64,000 nt of DNA from NCBI GenBank assembly GCA_963727805.1, contig CAVSHF010000003.1:1664001-1728000 (forward strand), in the 5' to 3' direction. The first letter of the stretch is position 1, and every line of letters starts with the position of its first letter. Below, piece after piece: positions 19,339 through 30,087 of the stretch. A model generated the notes under the pieces. It did no database searches, was not told where the DNA came from, and worked only from the letters and a program-made list of their open reading frames with translations. Position numbers and translations under genes: made by a program. This DNA comes from an uncultured Nitrospiraceae bacterium. GTDB taxonomy: Bacteria > Nitrospirota > Thermodesulfovibrionia > Thermodesulfovibrionales > Dissulfurispiraceae.

Positions 19339-21006
19339 TTAACGGCTCCCCGTAGAGGTTTTAAACTTCCTCGTCACATCCTGGAGATCAGCGGACAGCC
19401 TGGCAAGATTATTCGACGCTCCCTCAATCTCCCCTGCGCTGCTGCTCGTCTCTTTTGAAACATTGGCTACCACCTCAATATCAGAGCTGATGGTGTCGGA
19501 AACGGTCGACATTTCTTCAGTAGCGGATGCGATTTGCTGTACCATCGACTGAAGTCCCTGCACACTTACCAAAATCTTGTGAAGCGCCTCACCTGCTTCA
19601 GCAGAAAGCGAGACCCCTTTTTCGACCCTTGTCTGGCTCTCTGTCATCGCCTGCACGGCCTTATTCGTTTCATCCTGGATAGCACCAATCATCTCTCCAA
19701 CTTCGGAAGTGGCCTTAGAAGTCTTTTCAGCGAGTTTGCGCACCTCGTCCGCCACCACTGCAAAGCCTCTTCCCTGCTCTCCGGCCCTTGCAGCCTCGAT
19801 CGCAGCATTCAGGGCAAGCAGGTTCGTCTGATCGGCGATGTCCTTGATCACATCAACAATCTCAAATATCTGCTTTGAGCGTTCTCCCAAAGTCGTAATT
19901 CTGCTGGCAGATTCTGACACCGTAGTCGAAATCACCTGGACCTCGTTGACGGTCTGACTTACAACCCTTTCTCCTGTTTCCGCTATCTTCAGCGTATCGA
20001 CCGCTGACATTGCTATGTTGGAGGCGTTCTTCGCAATGTCCACAACAGTCTGGGACATCTCGGTCGCCGCAGTCGCCACCTGCGTAGACTTCTTTGCCTG
20101 CTCATCGAGTCTCCTCGTAATGTCGCGGACTGTTGCCGAAAGCTCTTCCGACGCTGAAGCAACCTGAGTTGCCGTGCTGGCGACACTGCCCATGGCGGTA
20201 TTTAGTAGATGACTGAGATCATTCTTGGTTTTATTAAGCGCAGCCGCCAGTGTCCCGGCCTCGTCCTTGGATTTCACATCGAGGTCGACTGCGGTAAAGT
20301 CACCTTCGGCCATCCTATTGGCGAAAATGACACTTGCTTTCAAAGGCCTTGTGATAATGAGCGAGATAAAAAAGACAAGTACAAAAATAACAATTGAACC
20401 GACCGCAGTGGCAATCAGCACTTTGGTCCGTATCAAGGATATCTCGGCGGAAACTTCACCAACATAGGTTCCGCTGCCGATAACCCATCCCCATGGCTGA
20501 TAGAGTTTCACATAGGAAACCTTCTGTACAGGTTTTGCTTCTCCCGGCTTTGGCCATTCGTAGTCCACAAATCCTTCGCCTTTTTCCTTACATGTACTAA
20601 CCATCTCGACAAAAAGTTTCTTTCCATTAGGATCCTTGTTGTCGCTCAGATCCTTGCCGTCAAGTTCGGGTTTAGTTGGGTGCATTATCATAGTGGGATG
20701 CATGTCGTTAATCCAAAAATAATCATCCTTCTTGTAACGGAGGCTTTTGATCCTGTCGATAGCCCTCTTTTGGGCCTCCTGAATGCTTAATTCCCCTTTT
20801 TGCGCGCGAGCACCATATTCAACCACAAGATTGTATGCGACATCAACAACACTCTTAGTCGCAATCCTCTTCTCCTCCATCATCTTTGACCCCATCAAAG
20901 GTAGGAAATACAGGACTACCCCCAAAATTGCAGCGAGGATAGTAAACACAGATATGCCAATCACTTTAGTCGAAATCTTCCAGTCTCTAGGACTAAATAG
21001 AGTCAT
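19339..21006 (-). CDS. Methyl-accepting chemotaxis protein (Cache sensor, HAMP)
   Basis: YFWIND...MHP...G, KDPNGK..F, YEWPKPG, and [38 protein letters not shown]. Confidence 0.96.
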   Translation of the reverse strand: MTLFSPRDWKISTKVIGISVFTILAAILGVVLYFLPLMGSKMMEEKRIATKSVVDVAYNLVVEYGARAQKGELSIQEAQKRAIDRIKSLRYKKDDYFWINDMHPTMIMHPTKPELDGKDLSDNKDPNGKKLFVEMVSTCKEKGEGFVDYEWPKPGEAKPVQKVSYVKLYQPWGWVIGSGTYVGEVSAEISLIRTKVLIATAVGSIVIFVLVFFISLIITRPLKASVIFANRMAEGDFTAVDLDVKSKDEAGTLAAALNKTKNDLSHLLNTAMGSVASTATQVASASEELSATVRDITRRLDEQAKKSTQVATAATEMSQTVVDIAKNASNIAMSAVDTLKIAETGERVVSQTVNEVQVISTTVSESASRITTLGERSKQIFEIVDVIKDIADQTNLLALNAAIEAARAGEQGRGFAVVADEVRKLAEKTSKATSEVGEMIGAIQDETNKAVQAMTESQTRVEKGVSLSAEAGEALHKILVSVQGLQSMVQQIASATEEMSTVSDTISSDIEVVANVSKETSSSAGEIEGASNNLARLSADLQDVTRKFKTSTGSR

Positions 21007-21153
21007 GATGCCCCCCTCAAAGGCAGATATTTAATAGTTTACCATAATTATTCATTACCTCACTAGACATGCACCAAGTATTTCAAGAGCTATAAGTGTC
21101 AAAACGACTCATCATACGACCGACTCGTTAAAAGCATCTATTGAATTGACCCC

Positions 21154-21185
21154 AAAAAAACAAAGGGCCCGAAAAACCGGGCCCT
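21154..21185 (-). terminator. Terminator after nfnB
   Basis: agggcccg / cgggccct stem followed by a T-run on the minus strand. Confidence 0.7.
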
Positions 21186-21215
21186 CGTAACGGCACAATA
21201 AGACGGGTCAGCTAC

Positions 21216-22655
21216 TCACCATGAACCATTTTCCATGAGAAACTTATGCATGTCTGCGGCAGCTCTTTTGCCAGCGCCCATCGCACTTATTACGGTAGCA
21301 GCGCCTGTAACGACGTCACCTCCCGCCCAGACCTTCGGTTTTGTCGTCCGTCCTGTTTCTTGATCCGCTACTGTCGTGCCCCACTTTGTCCTTTCCAAGC
21401 CTTCCGCATCGATAAATACAAGCGGGTTTGGACTGGTGCCGAGCGCGACAATCACACTATCCACTTGCATTTCAAATTCGGATCCCGGGATCGGCACCGG
21501 TCTACGGCGGCCCGAAGCATCAGGTTCACCAAGTTCCATACGGATGCAACGCATCGCTTTCACAGTCCCCTTCTCATCACCGATGATTTCAACCGGGTTG
21601 GTCAGGAAGTCGAAAATAACTCCTTCCTCTTCGGCGTGATGCACCTCTTCGGCCCTAGCCGGCACTTCATCCCTTGAACGGCGGTACACTATATGGACTT
21701 CATCTTTTCCATTCTTCGCCAGGAGCTTCTGGAGCCTGAGGCTGCATCTCGCAGAGTCCATCGCCACATTCCCTGCGCCAATAACGGCAACCTTCCCGCC
21801 CACCTTTGAAGGTGTATCATATTCTGGGAAAAGATAGCTCTTCATCAAATTGACTCTCGTGAGGAATTCATTTGCCGACATGACTCCATTCAGGTTAATG
21901 CCGGGAATTCGCATAAAGGACGGCAGTCCTGCACCAGTGCCGAGGAACACGGCATCATACTGTTCAAGCAACTCAACTAATGTGAGTGTCCGGCCTATTA
22001 TGTGATCGGTACGAAGAGCGATTCCGAGACACTTCATCGCATAATCAACCTCTGAATGCACTACACCTTTGGGCAGACGAAATTCGGGGATACCATAGAT
22101 CAGAACGCCACCGGGTCCATGGAGGGATTCGAACATTGTGACTTCATGTCCCTCCCTGCCCAGATCAACCGCACAGGTGAGGCCTGCAGGTCCTGTGCCG
22201 ACTACGGCGATACGCTTCCCTGTTGCCGGCGCTTTAACTAGAGGGCAGGTACGATGGGCAAGCTCGTAGTCACCGACATATCTTTCCAGCCTTCCGATTG
22301 CCACCGAGTTACCCTTTTTGCCCAGGAGGCACTTCCCTTCGCACTGGGTCTCCTGCGGACAGACCCTGCCGCATATGGCAGGCAAGTTGTTCTTGAGCTT
22401 CATTTCAGCGACGGACTTGGCCATATCGCCTTCACGCAATGCCTTGATGAACTGCGGGATGCGGACACCAACAGGACAGCCCTCAATGCAGAGGGGCTTC
22501 TTGCATTGTATGCAGCGGTTCGCCTCCTCTTGTGCGGTTTCATACGAATATCCCAGGGCAACTTCTTCGAAGTTCCCAGCCCGTATGTGTTCATCCTGAA
22601 CAGGCATATCATGCCTGGGTATTTTCATACGCTCTTTATTAGTAAGCTCCGCCAT
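21216..22655 (-). CDS. nfnB: NfnB / GltD-like large subunit of NADH-dependent ferredoxin:NADP+ oxidoreductase
   Basis: RCIQC..P.C..GCP, CGRVCPQE.QCE, GTGPAGL, YGIPEFRLPK and GGDVVTGAATV; start at 22655 with ggagg SD. Confidence 0.85.
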   Translation of the reverse strand: MAELTNKERMKIPRHDMPVQDEHIRAGNFEEVALGYSYETAQEEANRCIQCKKPLCIEGCPVGVRIPQFIKALREGDMAKSVAEMKLKNNLPAICGRVCPQETQCEGKCLLGKKGNSVAIGRLERYVGDYELAHRTCPLVKAPATGKRIAVVGTGPAGLTCAVDLGREGHEVTMFESLHGPGGVLIYGIPEFRLPKGVVHSEVDYAMKCLGIALRTDHIIGRTLTLVELLEQYDAVFLGTGAGLPSFMRIPGINLNGVMSANEFLTRVNLMKSYLFPEYDTPSKVGGKVAVIGAGNVAMDSARCSLRLQKLLAKNGKDEVHIVYRRSRDEVPARAEEVHHAEEEGVIFDFLTNPVEIIGDEKGTVKAMRCIRMELGEPDASGRRRPVPIPGSEFEMQVDSVIVALGTSPNPLVFIDAEGLERTKWGTTVADQETGRTTKPKVWAGGDVVTGAATVISAMGAGKRAAADMHKFLMENGSW

Positions 22656-22656
22656 A

Positions 22657-23559
22657 TTAAGCACCTCCCTTTTCAATAGCAGCATCAAGATTACACTTAT
22701 GCTTGTACTGATCTACTGCGCGCTTCTCTTCATCTTTGTAGTAAGACAACCGGGAAAGAAGACTGCTCCAATCCACCTTATGGCCGTCAAATTCGGGGCC
22801 GTCAACGCAAACGAACTGGGCACCGTCGGTAAGCGGCACACGGCAGCCGCCGCACATGCCGGTTCCATCGATCATGATAGTGTTCAGGCTGACAATGGTG
22901 GGGGTATTATAAGGTTTGGTAGTGCCGGCAACGAATTTCATCATGATTGCAGGGCCGATAGCCCATACCTGCGCAATAGTTTTTGTTTTTGAGTCGAGCA
23001 ATTCCTTGAGAGGGTCTGTTACAAGACATTTTCTGCCGTATGAGCCATCATCCGTGCAAATCGTCAACTCGTCCGAAACGGCTCGCATCTTGTCCTCCCA
23101 GAAAAGGAGTTCCTTCGTACGGGCGCCAATAATTGAAATAACATAGTTCCCTGCTTCTTTCAGGGAACGAGTAATAGGGTAAATTGGGGCGATACCGACG
23201 CCGCCGCCGATGCAGACAATAGTGCCGTAATTCTTGATCTCGGTAGGGTGCCCGAGCGGACCAGCAAAGGTAGAAAGCCTGTCTCCTGGATTAAGGGTCC
23301 CCAGCTGCATGGTAGATTTTCCGACTTCCTGGAAAATAAGGGTGATTGTCCCGGCATCCCGATCATAATCAGCGATGGTAAGTGGTATGCGTTCGCCTTT
23401 CTCATCGATGCGGACGATGACAAATTGTCCCGCCTTCGCCTTCTTTGCTATCTGGGGTGCTTCCACGACCATAAGTTTTGTCACATCACTCAGAATCTCT
23501 TTCTTCACGATTCTGTACCCTGCTGCTGTTTCTGCGTTACCGGAATTTTCCTGCGCCAT
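22657..23559 (-). CDS. nfnA: NfnA small subunit (FAD/NAD-binding, 2Fe-2S)
   Basis: AGQFVIVR...GERIPLTIAD, GGGVG.AP and MIDGTGMCGGCRV...CVDGPEFDGH; adjacent to the GltD-like gene. Confidence 0.87.
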   Translation of the reverse strand: MAQENSGNAETAAGYRIVKKEILSDVTKLMVVEAPQIAKKAKAGQFVIVRIDEKGERIPLTIADYDRDAGTITLIFQEVGKSTMQLGTLNPGDRLSTFAGPLGHPTEIKNYGTIVCIGGGVGIAPIYPITRSLKEAGNYVISIIGARTKELLFWEDKMRAVSDELTICTDDGSYGRKCLVTDPLKELLDSKTKTIAQVWAIGPAIMMKFVAGTTKPYNTPTIVSLNTIMIDGTGMCGGCRVPLTDGAQFVCVDGPEFDGHKVDWSSLLSRLSYYKDEEKRAVDQYKHKCNLDAAIEKGGA

Positions 23560-23822
23560 ACTACCTCCTTGCTTAATTGATGGTCACATTTTTTATGGCC
23601 TTATGAGAAATACATAATTGATCACTTGGCTATAAAAACTGAATTTGGGCTTATCATCCGAGATGAGATGCGTGCATTAAGTGAGCTGATACCCATATTA
23701 TTTATATGCTTATAAATATATATTAAATTTCAAAAAGTTAACTTCTTTTGAATAATACCACCATGTGACGTCATCATGCAAGTAAGACACTACGTGGTAC
23801 CAGATGGTGCCTCACAATGTCA

Positions 23823-24197
23823 TTAGTATTGCTCCAAGTCTTCCTCGGACATGCCGAAGTAATGGCCAATTTCATGAACCAGGGTCAACCGTATCTCTTC
23901 TATAAGCTGATCTTCGGAATTGCATATAGCCTCGATGTTTTTCTGGTAAAGAATGATAGAGTCGGGTAAGGGAGCAGGAATACTAAAAAAACTCCCCTTT
24001 GCCGGATATGCTGCTCCGGCGAATAACCCGAGGAGTTCATTCCTCGGAACTCCGGCAAGCCCGGCATCTTCCTCACTAGGGAAATCTTCCACAAGGACCC
24101 TTACATTACTGAAATGCCGGCGATACCTTTTGGGGACCCTCTGCAGCGCCTCCTCGACAAGCCGGTCAAACTGTTCCCTGCTCATGCCATATGCCAT
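23823..24197 (-). CDS. Zincin-like metallopeptidase (DUF1025)
   Basis: LLGLF.G, LPD.I.LY and HEIGHYFG. Confidence 0.88.
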   Translation of the reverse strand: MAYGMSREQFDRLVEEALQRVPKRYRRHFSNVRVLVEDFPSEEDAGLAGVPRNELLGLFAGAAYPAKGSFFSIPAPLPDSIILYQKNIEAICNSEDQLIEEIRLTLVHEIGHYFGMSEEDLEQY

Positions 24198-24205
24198 GCG
24201 TTAGC

Positions 24206-24748
24206 TTAACGCAATTGCTGTCGACGCTGCTCCATCTGGAGTTCCAATGCCTGGAGTTCTTCGATAGTTTTCCGAAGTTCCTGTTCCTGCTTTTCGAGTT
24301 GCTCTATATTGCTCCGCAACGTCCGGTTCTGACGCTCAGTCTGCTCATTCTTCGCCTTCAGTTGAGCAACTTCCTGGTTGACATCGGTGAGCCTGCCGAG
24401 CGCTACTATCCAATCCCTGATATCCTTGTCTTTAGATATTTCAGGCTTCAGATCGACAGCTTTTTTTAAATCTTCCAGGGCGCCGTCGTAATCGATGCGA
24501 GGGTTATCGGCCCTGAGCCTCAGTCTGGCCCGGCTGAGATAGGCCTCAGCGAGGAAGAAAGGGTTGCTCTCATTGTTAATGTTCTCTGTCAGGACCTTTT
24601 CTTCCTTCACCAAGTCCTCCGTGACAGGTACGCGCTCTAAAATCGCGCAGCCGCAGGCTGTGAGTATAAGCACCCCGGTGACGACTGCCGTAATAACGCC
24701 ACCGAGACCGCGACGCCGATGCCTAAAAAATCCTGCACTCATAATCAT
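24206..24748 (-). CDS. Lipoprotein with helical repeat and C-terminal coiled coil (QseG-like)
   Basis: Basic N-terminus, hydrophobic core and LTAC lipobox; heptad-rich tail TIEELQALELQMEQRR. Confidence 0.7.
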   Translation of the reverse strand: MIMSAGFFRHRRRGLGGVITAVVTGVLILTACGCAILERVPVTEDLVKEEKVLTENINNESNPFFLAEAYLSRARLRLRADNPRIDYDGALEDLKKAVDLKPEISKDKDIRDWIVALGRLTDVNQEVAQLKAKNEQTERQNRTLRSNIEQLEKQEQELRKTIEELQALELQMEQRRQQLR

Positions 24749-24824
24749 AATCTATCTGCCCCTTCGCTGAAACGTCGTTTATCGACAGCATAGACGCTGC
24801 CGGACATGGATTTTGCATGTTCCT

Positions 24825-24992
24825 TCAACTCAGCAGCCCGCCTGTGAGTTCATAGAGGGGTTGATTGACCCTCATGATAGCTGCGTTGATCCTGTACATC
24901 TGATCAAGGCTCGAAAGGGCATAAACGAGGTAGATAAAAAAGAGGATAAGAAGCAACCCGTAACCGAGCAGTATTTTTTTGGCTATATTCAT
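24825..24992 (-). pseudogene. 55-aa N-terminal fragment of a sensor kinase or chemoreceptor
   Basis: MNIAKKILLGYGLLLILFFIYLVYALSSLDQMYRINAAIMRVNQPL resembles TM1 plus the start of a four-helix periplasmic sensor, then stops. Confidence 0.45.
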
Positions 24993-25186
24993 GTTGTTAG
25001 ACCGAAGTGTTAAAACTGAGCGTACTTTTATTTTATATAGATTACCTTGATTTTATCCAAACTGCCACACAGGGTCTATATCGACAAATGTAGAAAGTAT
25101 CTATAAAACAACCACATCGGGATAGGAGGAGCACAAAACACAATCCTTATGAGAAGAATAAACTCGTGGGTTACACTGATCCGAGA

Positions 25187-25525
25187 TCAGTGATGGGACT
25201 TTGCTAGGGCCTTAATGAACTCTATATATTCAGCAGGTGGATATATAATCTCGAGACCTATGCTGTCGATCTCCTTTTCAGGCAGCATCTTGTGATATGC
25301 CCATCTTGTTTTACAGTGGAGTGTGATTTTCTCTTTCGCTGAAATCTGGAACCTCACATCGATATCCATTCCGGGAGTATACTTCTTATAAGCAACGGAT
25401 GGGGCAGTAACGATATGAATGCCGCTCTCGGAGATATCCTCGATGAATACGGTATGCTTGTCACCTCCCGAGATACGCTGCGCTTTCAGATTAATGGATA
25501 TTCTATTTGATCGCCTCCGTTCCAT
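25187..25525 (-). CDS. Stand-alone PilZ domain protein
   Basis: ERRRSNR (RxxxR) and DISESG (DxSxxG) c-di-GMP motifs. Confidence 0.88.
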   Translation of the reverse strand: MERRRSNRISINLKAQRISGGDKHTVFIEDISESGIHIVTAPSVAYKKYTPGMDIDVRFQISAKEKITLHCKTRWAYHKMLPEKEIDSIGLEIIYPPAEYIEFIKALAKSHH

Positions 25526-25636
25526 ATTATAATTGTATCATGTTCCTCGATCGTTTATGCAAAAGAATCGGGCCATCCTGCGGCAGCGGAATATATCGCC
25601 GTTTAACTTAAGTAATGACACTCAATGGAGGCAGCG

Positions 25637-26623
25637 ATGAAAGCTCAGAAAGTCTACATTACCCGGATGATTCCGGAAAGGGCTATACGTTTACTGGAAA
25701 GTCATTATTCAGTCGAAGTGAATCCCGAAGACCGCCCGCTGAGGCGCGACGAGCTCATCGACAAAGTTAGAGGCAAGCATGGGGTAATAACCATGCTTAA
25801 CGATATGGTCAACGATGAATTGCTGGATGCTGCCGGCAGCCAGTGTAGGATATTTGCAAATTACGCGGTCGGGTACAATAACATCGACATCCCGGCGGCG
25901 ACAGCGCGCGGTATTTTTATTTCCAACACGCCTGATGTACTAACAGATGCAACGGCGGATTTGGCATGGGCGCTCCTGCTCGCAGCTACGCGCCGCATCG
26001 CCGAGGGCGACCGTATAGTCCGTTCGGGCGGATTTGTGGGCTGGTCCCCCCTTTTCATGCTCGGCGTCGAAGTCACCGGTAAAACCCTCGGGATAATCGG
26101 CGCCGGACGCATCGGGCAGGCTGTGGCTAGGCGGGCGAGTGGGTTCAACATGAAGATTCTTTATACCGCCAACAACCCCAAGCCGGATTTTGAAAAAACA
26201 ACAGACTCATCGTTCGTCGGCCTCGACTCACTCCTAGAACTGTCAGATTTCGTGTCCCTCCATGTCCCACTTACACCCATGACACACCATCTGATTAGCA
26301 TACGCGAATTCGGTATCATGAAAGAGACAGCCATTCTCATCAACACCTCACGAGGTCCTGTCATCGACGAAAAGGCACTGGCTGAGGCCCTGCGCGCTGG
26401 CCAAATACGTGGGGCGGGGCTCGACGTCTACGAGCGAGAACCTGCCGTGGAGAGGGAACTTCTTGACCTCGACAATGCTGTGCTGTGTCCTCATCTCGGC
26501 AGCGCGACGCTCGAAACCCGCCAGCGCATGGGTCTTATGGCAGCAGAGAATATCCTGGTAGCGCTGCGCGGAGAGATGCCACCACAATGCCTCAATCCGG
26601 AGGCGGCAAAAGAAAGAGAGTAA
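25637..26623 (+). CDS. D-2-hydroxyacid dehydrogenase (glyoxylate reductase-like)
   Basis: AVGYNNID, NTPDVLT.ATAD, GAGRIG, NTSRG, LDVYEREP and PHLGSAT; GGAGG SD before ATG 25637. Confidence 0.92.
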   Translation: MKAQKVYITRMIPERAIRLLESHYSVEVNPEDRPLRRDELIDKVRGKHGVITMLNDMVNDELLDAAGSQCRIFANYAVGYNNIDIPAATARGIFISNTPDVLTDATADLAWALLLAATRRIAEGDRIVRSGGFVGWSPLFMLGVEVTGKTLGIIGAGRIGQAVARRASGFNMKILYTANNPKPDFEKTTDSSFVGLDSLLELSDFVSLHVPLTPMTHHLISIREFGIMKETAILINTSRGPVIDEKALAEALRAGQIRGAGLDVYEREPAVERELLDLDNAVLCPHLGSATLETRQRMGLMAAENILVALRGEMPPQCLNPEAAKERE

Positions 26624-26630
26624 AATGGTG

Positions 26631-27524
26631 TTACTGCTGGCGGACGGCATACCCCTGGCGCGAGAGCCTATCTATTATCCCACGTTTGCCGACGAGATGG
26701 CCCGCTCCCACCGCTATGAAGTAAGTGCCTTTTTGTGAAAGGATCTTCTCTATCCTATCCGCCATATGCCGGTTGCGTTCATAGAATAGTTTCTCGTAAA
26801 TCTGAGACAGACGATAATCGTCCTCTGCGTTCTTGAACATCAACCTTTCCATAGTTTTGGAATCTCCTTCCCTCCACGCATTTAGGAGGACCTCCAGATT
26901 TTTTTTACTCTCGTCAACCTCTTTCAGGGAATAGATTAAAAAAAGCTCCTGGTCCCGATCCGACATCGAATTAAATAGCTCCATCTGGGAATCGAAGGAC
27001 TCGAGTTCTATGATCTTTTTGTTCCCTTCCGCCTTCTGCAGAAAATATTTATCGATCCCGTATTGGGGATCGAGACCCAGTTGTTGGTATTCGAACATCT
27101 CGATCGTTACTGCCAAAGACCAAGGTTTAAATCTCGACATTATCGCGAAGGGCAGACCAAATGATTCAATCTTCTTTTGAGCGAGATCGAGAGTCTCCCG
27201 TGAAACATGATTGCCGATGTTATCATCGCCGCGATAGATCATATCCGTCATCATCGTGTCCTTTTGAGATGCCACAACTTCGTTGATATTGAATTCCATG
27301 ACGTAAGCGTCCGACTTTCGGAACGCACTCTGTATCCGCGCATCAAGGGGATACATCTCTGCTCTGAACATGTGGACCGTCCCCAGTATGTATGCCGTTG
27401 CCTGCTGTGACTCGACCTTCCACATGAAGACCTTGTCACCCGCACATGCGGCTTGAACAATGATGATATTAAGGAGAATGATAATGAGACTGCGAATTAG
27501 AAAAAAACCTCTTCTTCTGATCAT
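26631..27524 (-). CDS. TraB/GumN family secreted protein
   Basis: Signal peptide; YILGTVH, GID, LES..Q, ERN..M and FIAVGAGHL. Confidence 0.9.
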   Translation of the reverse strand: MIRRRGFFLIRSLIIILLNIIIVQAACAGDKVFMWKVESQQATAYILGTVHMFRAEMYPLDARIQSAFRKSDAYVMEFNINEVVASQKDTMMTDMIYRGDDNIGNHVSRETLDLAQKKIESFGLPFAIMSRFKPWSLAVTIEMFEYQQLGLDPQYGIDKYFLQKAEGNKKIIELESFDSQMELFNSMSDRDQELFLIYSLKEVDESKKNLEVLLNAWREGDSKTMERLMFKNAEDDYRLSQIYEKLFYERNRHMADRIEKILSQKGTYFIAVGAGHLVGKRGIIDRLSRQGYAVRQQ

Positions 27525-27526
27525 CT

Positions 27527-28306
27527 TTATTCCCCTTTATCTTTGTGGAGATATGCTTCGATGTTCTCGATCAGACCTTCGCCCAGAAACATTAGCGACT
27601 CGACGTCGAGAAACTGGTCAGCCGTGGAATCCAGAAGCATCGATACCTTGGACTCGAACTCTTCTTCTTCCGGCCAATAAAGAATGAGGACGGGAAGCTT
27701 TGGAAGTAGGTAGAGATGCCATGCATTCTGTGTCGCAAATCCACTACGTTCTTCAGCGCCAATGCGGTGCAATATCTGTTTCACAGAGCTGTAATCGCGA
27801 TCGAGCAGTTCTCGGAGAGGGTCTTCGCACTCCCTCCGGAAAGACAATGCTTTTACCATGCCGCTTTTAAGTTCAGAATACGAGACCCATCTATTGCTTA
27901 GCTCCTCCTGTCCACGGGTTCTTACATAATGCAGCAGGAGTATCTTCATCCATGGTGTATTATGTCCGCTCGTAGTTATTTCGCCGTCAGGAGCTACGGT
28001 AAACTCCCTTCCGAGAGACCGGATAATAAGGCTGCCTTCCTGCATAGTGGCCCCGAGGCCATCTGCAATCTCTGGGAAACTGATCCGCGCTACCTCTTTC
28101 CTTAATTTCGAGATCAACTCTTCTCTCCAGTCAGTCTTCTGGATGGAACCCTTCAATGCGACGCTCTCTTGCTGAGTGAGGCCGGGGCATTCAGAAACAT
28201 CAGCCTCACCACTCAGGAGCGAAAAGGCGAAGGGCATACATGTCTTCTGCCTGCATTTGCCGCAGTTCTTCTTTGGGAGTTTTTTGTATATTTCGAAAGC
28301 GTTCAT
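27527..28306 (-). CDS. Fe-S cluster-binding domain plus DUF3786 protein
   Basis: LPKKNCGKC...TCMPFA...CP; ILLLHY and W..EEEF; start at 28306. Confidence 0.82.
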   Translation of the reverse strand: MNAFEIYKKLPKKNCGKCRQKTCMPFAFSLLSGEADVSECPGLTQQESVALKGSIQKTDWREELISKLRKEVARISFPEIADGLGATMQEGSLIIRSLGREFTVAPDGEITTSGHNTPWMKILLLHYVRTRGQEELSNRWVSYSELKSGMVKALSFRRECEDPLRELLDRDYSSVKQILHRIGAEERSGFATQNAWHLYLLPKLPVLILYWPEEEEFESKVSMLLDSTADQFLDVESLMFLGEGLIENIEAYLHKDKGE

Positions 28307-28316
28307 TCGTCTGCCG

Positions 28317-29996
28317 TCACTTCCCCAATAGGCCCTTGAGCAAATCCTGGCGCTTCTCGTCCTGCTTCTTTTGCTGTTGTTGCTGCGATCCATCCTTGAA
28401 GAGGCGCTTCTCGATCTCCCCCTGAATACCTTTTTGCAGCTGTTTTCTAAGTGTTGCCTGGTTAGCGCCGACAGTGGGGTTGTCGGAAGTGCCCGTGATC
28501 TTTAAGGGGATCAGCGTCCATCCATCCTTGCCATCCATAAAACCGGTAAACCTGGCAACACGCATCTTCGCGGCAATCTCGGGAGAAACCTCAATATCAG
28601 TCAGCAGGGCGAGGGTTTGATTGAACCCGATGGTTCCTGATGGGGCAACCTTCAGACGCGGCGAAGACATCAAACCGGAAAGCAACACCCTCTCGTTCTG
28701 GATATTGATATCAAAGTGCCCCTTGTCGAAGGAGGGCCGTCTCAGATCGTCGAGCCCCGTGAAGGTTGCTACAGCGTCCGTCAGCTTGGATTCCTTGACC
28801 TGAACTTTGTCCATGTCCACAATCATCTTACCGATAAGAGTCTGTTTAATTTGGTCGGATGCACTCCCTTTGTCAGAACTGTAGCGAAAACCAAGGTTGC
28901 CTTTCATGTGGCCAGAAATATCTACTTTATCGCCGTTGGCGAAGTTCAGCGACAGCGGATCAATTGTAGCAACTCCGCCACTGTAATGGTACTCCACCAA
29001 AAGATTCTTCATCGTATTTCCCTTGTAGTGGGCTGTGTCTACTTTAATATTTCCTGCGGCCTTAATGTCCATCCTCTTTTCAGGTCCAGAAATAACGCCG
29101 TCGCCAGCTTCGCTAACGTGGAACCCTTTCTTGAGTTTCTTCTCCTCCGGCCTCGCCCCGTCGCTCATGGACATGAACTTTTCGAGATCCAGCTGTTTTG
29201 CGTAGAGGTCGAGGCGGACCTCAGGCACCGTCATATAGTCTTGTATCGTACCCGAGGCTGCGATAGTGTCGCTACCAATCACTGTATTCAAGGCATAAGT
29301 CACCTCCTCAGGAGTCACATCGATGGTACCCGCAGTGCGGGTGGCTACATTGCCCATCGTAATATCGAGACTTTTTACCTGTAACTTGCCAGAAAATTTC
29401 AAGGCCCCCGGCTCGGTGCCTGCTGAAACCTTAAGGTCAGCATCAGAAGTTGCCATGACCCTCGGCAGTTCTTTTTTTGCATCAATGAACTCAAGTTTCG
29501 CATTGACTATCGCGATCTTGTCGGCAATGACGCTGAAAGGCATACCGCCCTCCGTCTTGGGCTTAGGCCCGGTTTGCACCTCCCTCGTGCTGCTTGCTTT
29601 GAATGCTGCAACGATGTCTTCGTAATTGAATTTTCCGCTTCCATCTCTCGTCACGTTCAGGGAGGGGTCGATGACCTTAAGGGAGCTGATCACCAGTTTT
29701 TTGCTCAAGAGTGGCATGAGATCGTAGTTAAGTACAAATTCCCTGATGGCTGCAAAATCTGCCGCGCCGTCCTTACCCTTCACATGGATCCCCAGCATCG
29801 AAATGCCGCTGAAAATCGAGACATTGATAGCCTCGATGTCTACCTTTCTTCCGGTGGCCTCCTCTACCATTGGGATGATCAGCGCTTTGAGCTTGTCGCT
29901 TTGGAGGTAGCTTTTGACATAAAGCGATAGGCCAATAAAAATAACAACGATCAGGCCAAAAACACTACCAAGGATTATGAGCAGCTTCTTTTTCAT
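28317..29996 (-). CDS. AsmA family protein
   Basis: N-terminal anchor, EEATGRKV, PLLSKKL.I, beta-rich body and IPLKITGT..NP. Confidence 0.85.
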   Translation of the reverse strand: MKKKLLIILGSVFGLIVVIFIGLSLYVKSYLQSDKLKALIIPMVEEATGRKVDIEAINVSIFSGISMLGIHVKGKDGAADFAAIREFVLNYDLMPLLSKKLVISSLKVIDPSLNVTRDGSGKFNYEDIVAAFKASSTREVQTGPKPKTEGGMPFSVIADKIAIVNAKLEFIDAKKELPRVMATSDADLKVSAGTEPGALKFSGKLQVKSLDITMGNVATRTAGTIDVTPEEVTYALNTVIGSDTIAASGTIQDYMTVPEVRLDLYAKQLDLEKFMSMSDGARPEEKKLKKGFHVSEAGDGVISGPEKRMDIKAAGNIKVDTAHYKGNTMKNLLVEYHYSGGVATIDPLSLNFANGDKVDISGHMKGNLGFRYSSDKGSASDQIKQTLIGKMIVDMDKVQVKESKLTDAVATFTGLDDLRRPSFDKGHFDINIQNERVLLSGLMSSPRLKVAPSGTIGFNQTLALLTDIEVSPEIAAKMRVARFTGFMDGKDGWTLIPLKITGTSDNPTVGANQATLRKQLQKGIQGEIEKRLFKDGSQQQQQKKQDEKRQDLLKGLLGK

Positions 29997-30087
29997 AGTT
30001 TTCTCCTGTAAGTTTTCTCTAAATAGGATACCGAAAAGAGTCAGATTGCGGAAGAGACCTAAGTGTTAGCGGTGCGGATCGGCATTC

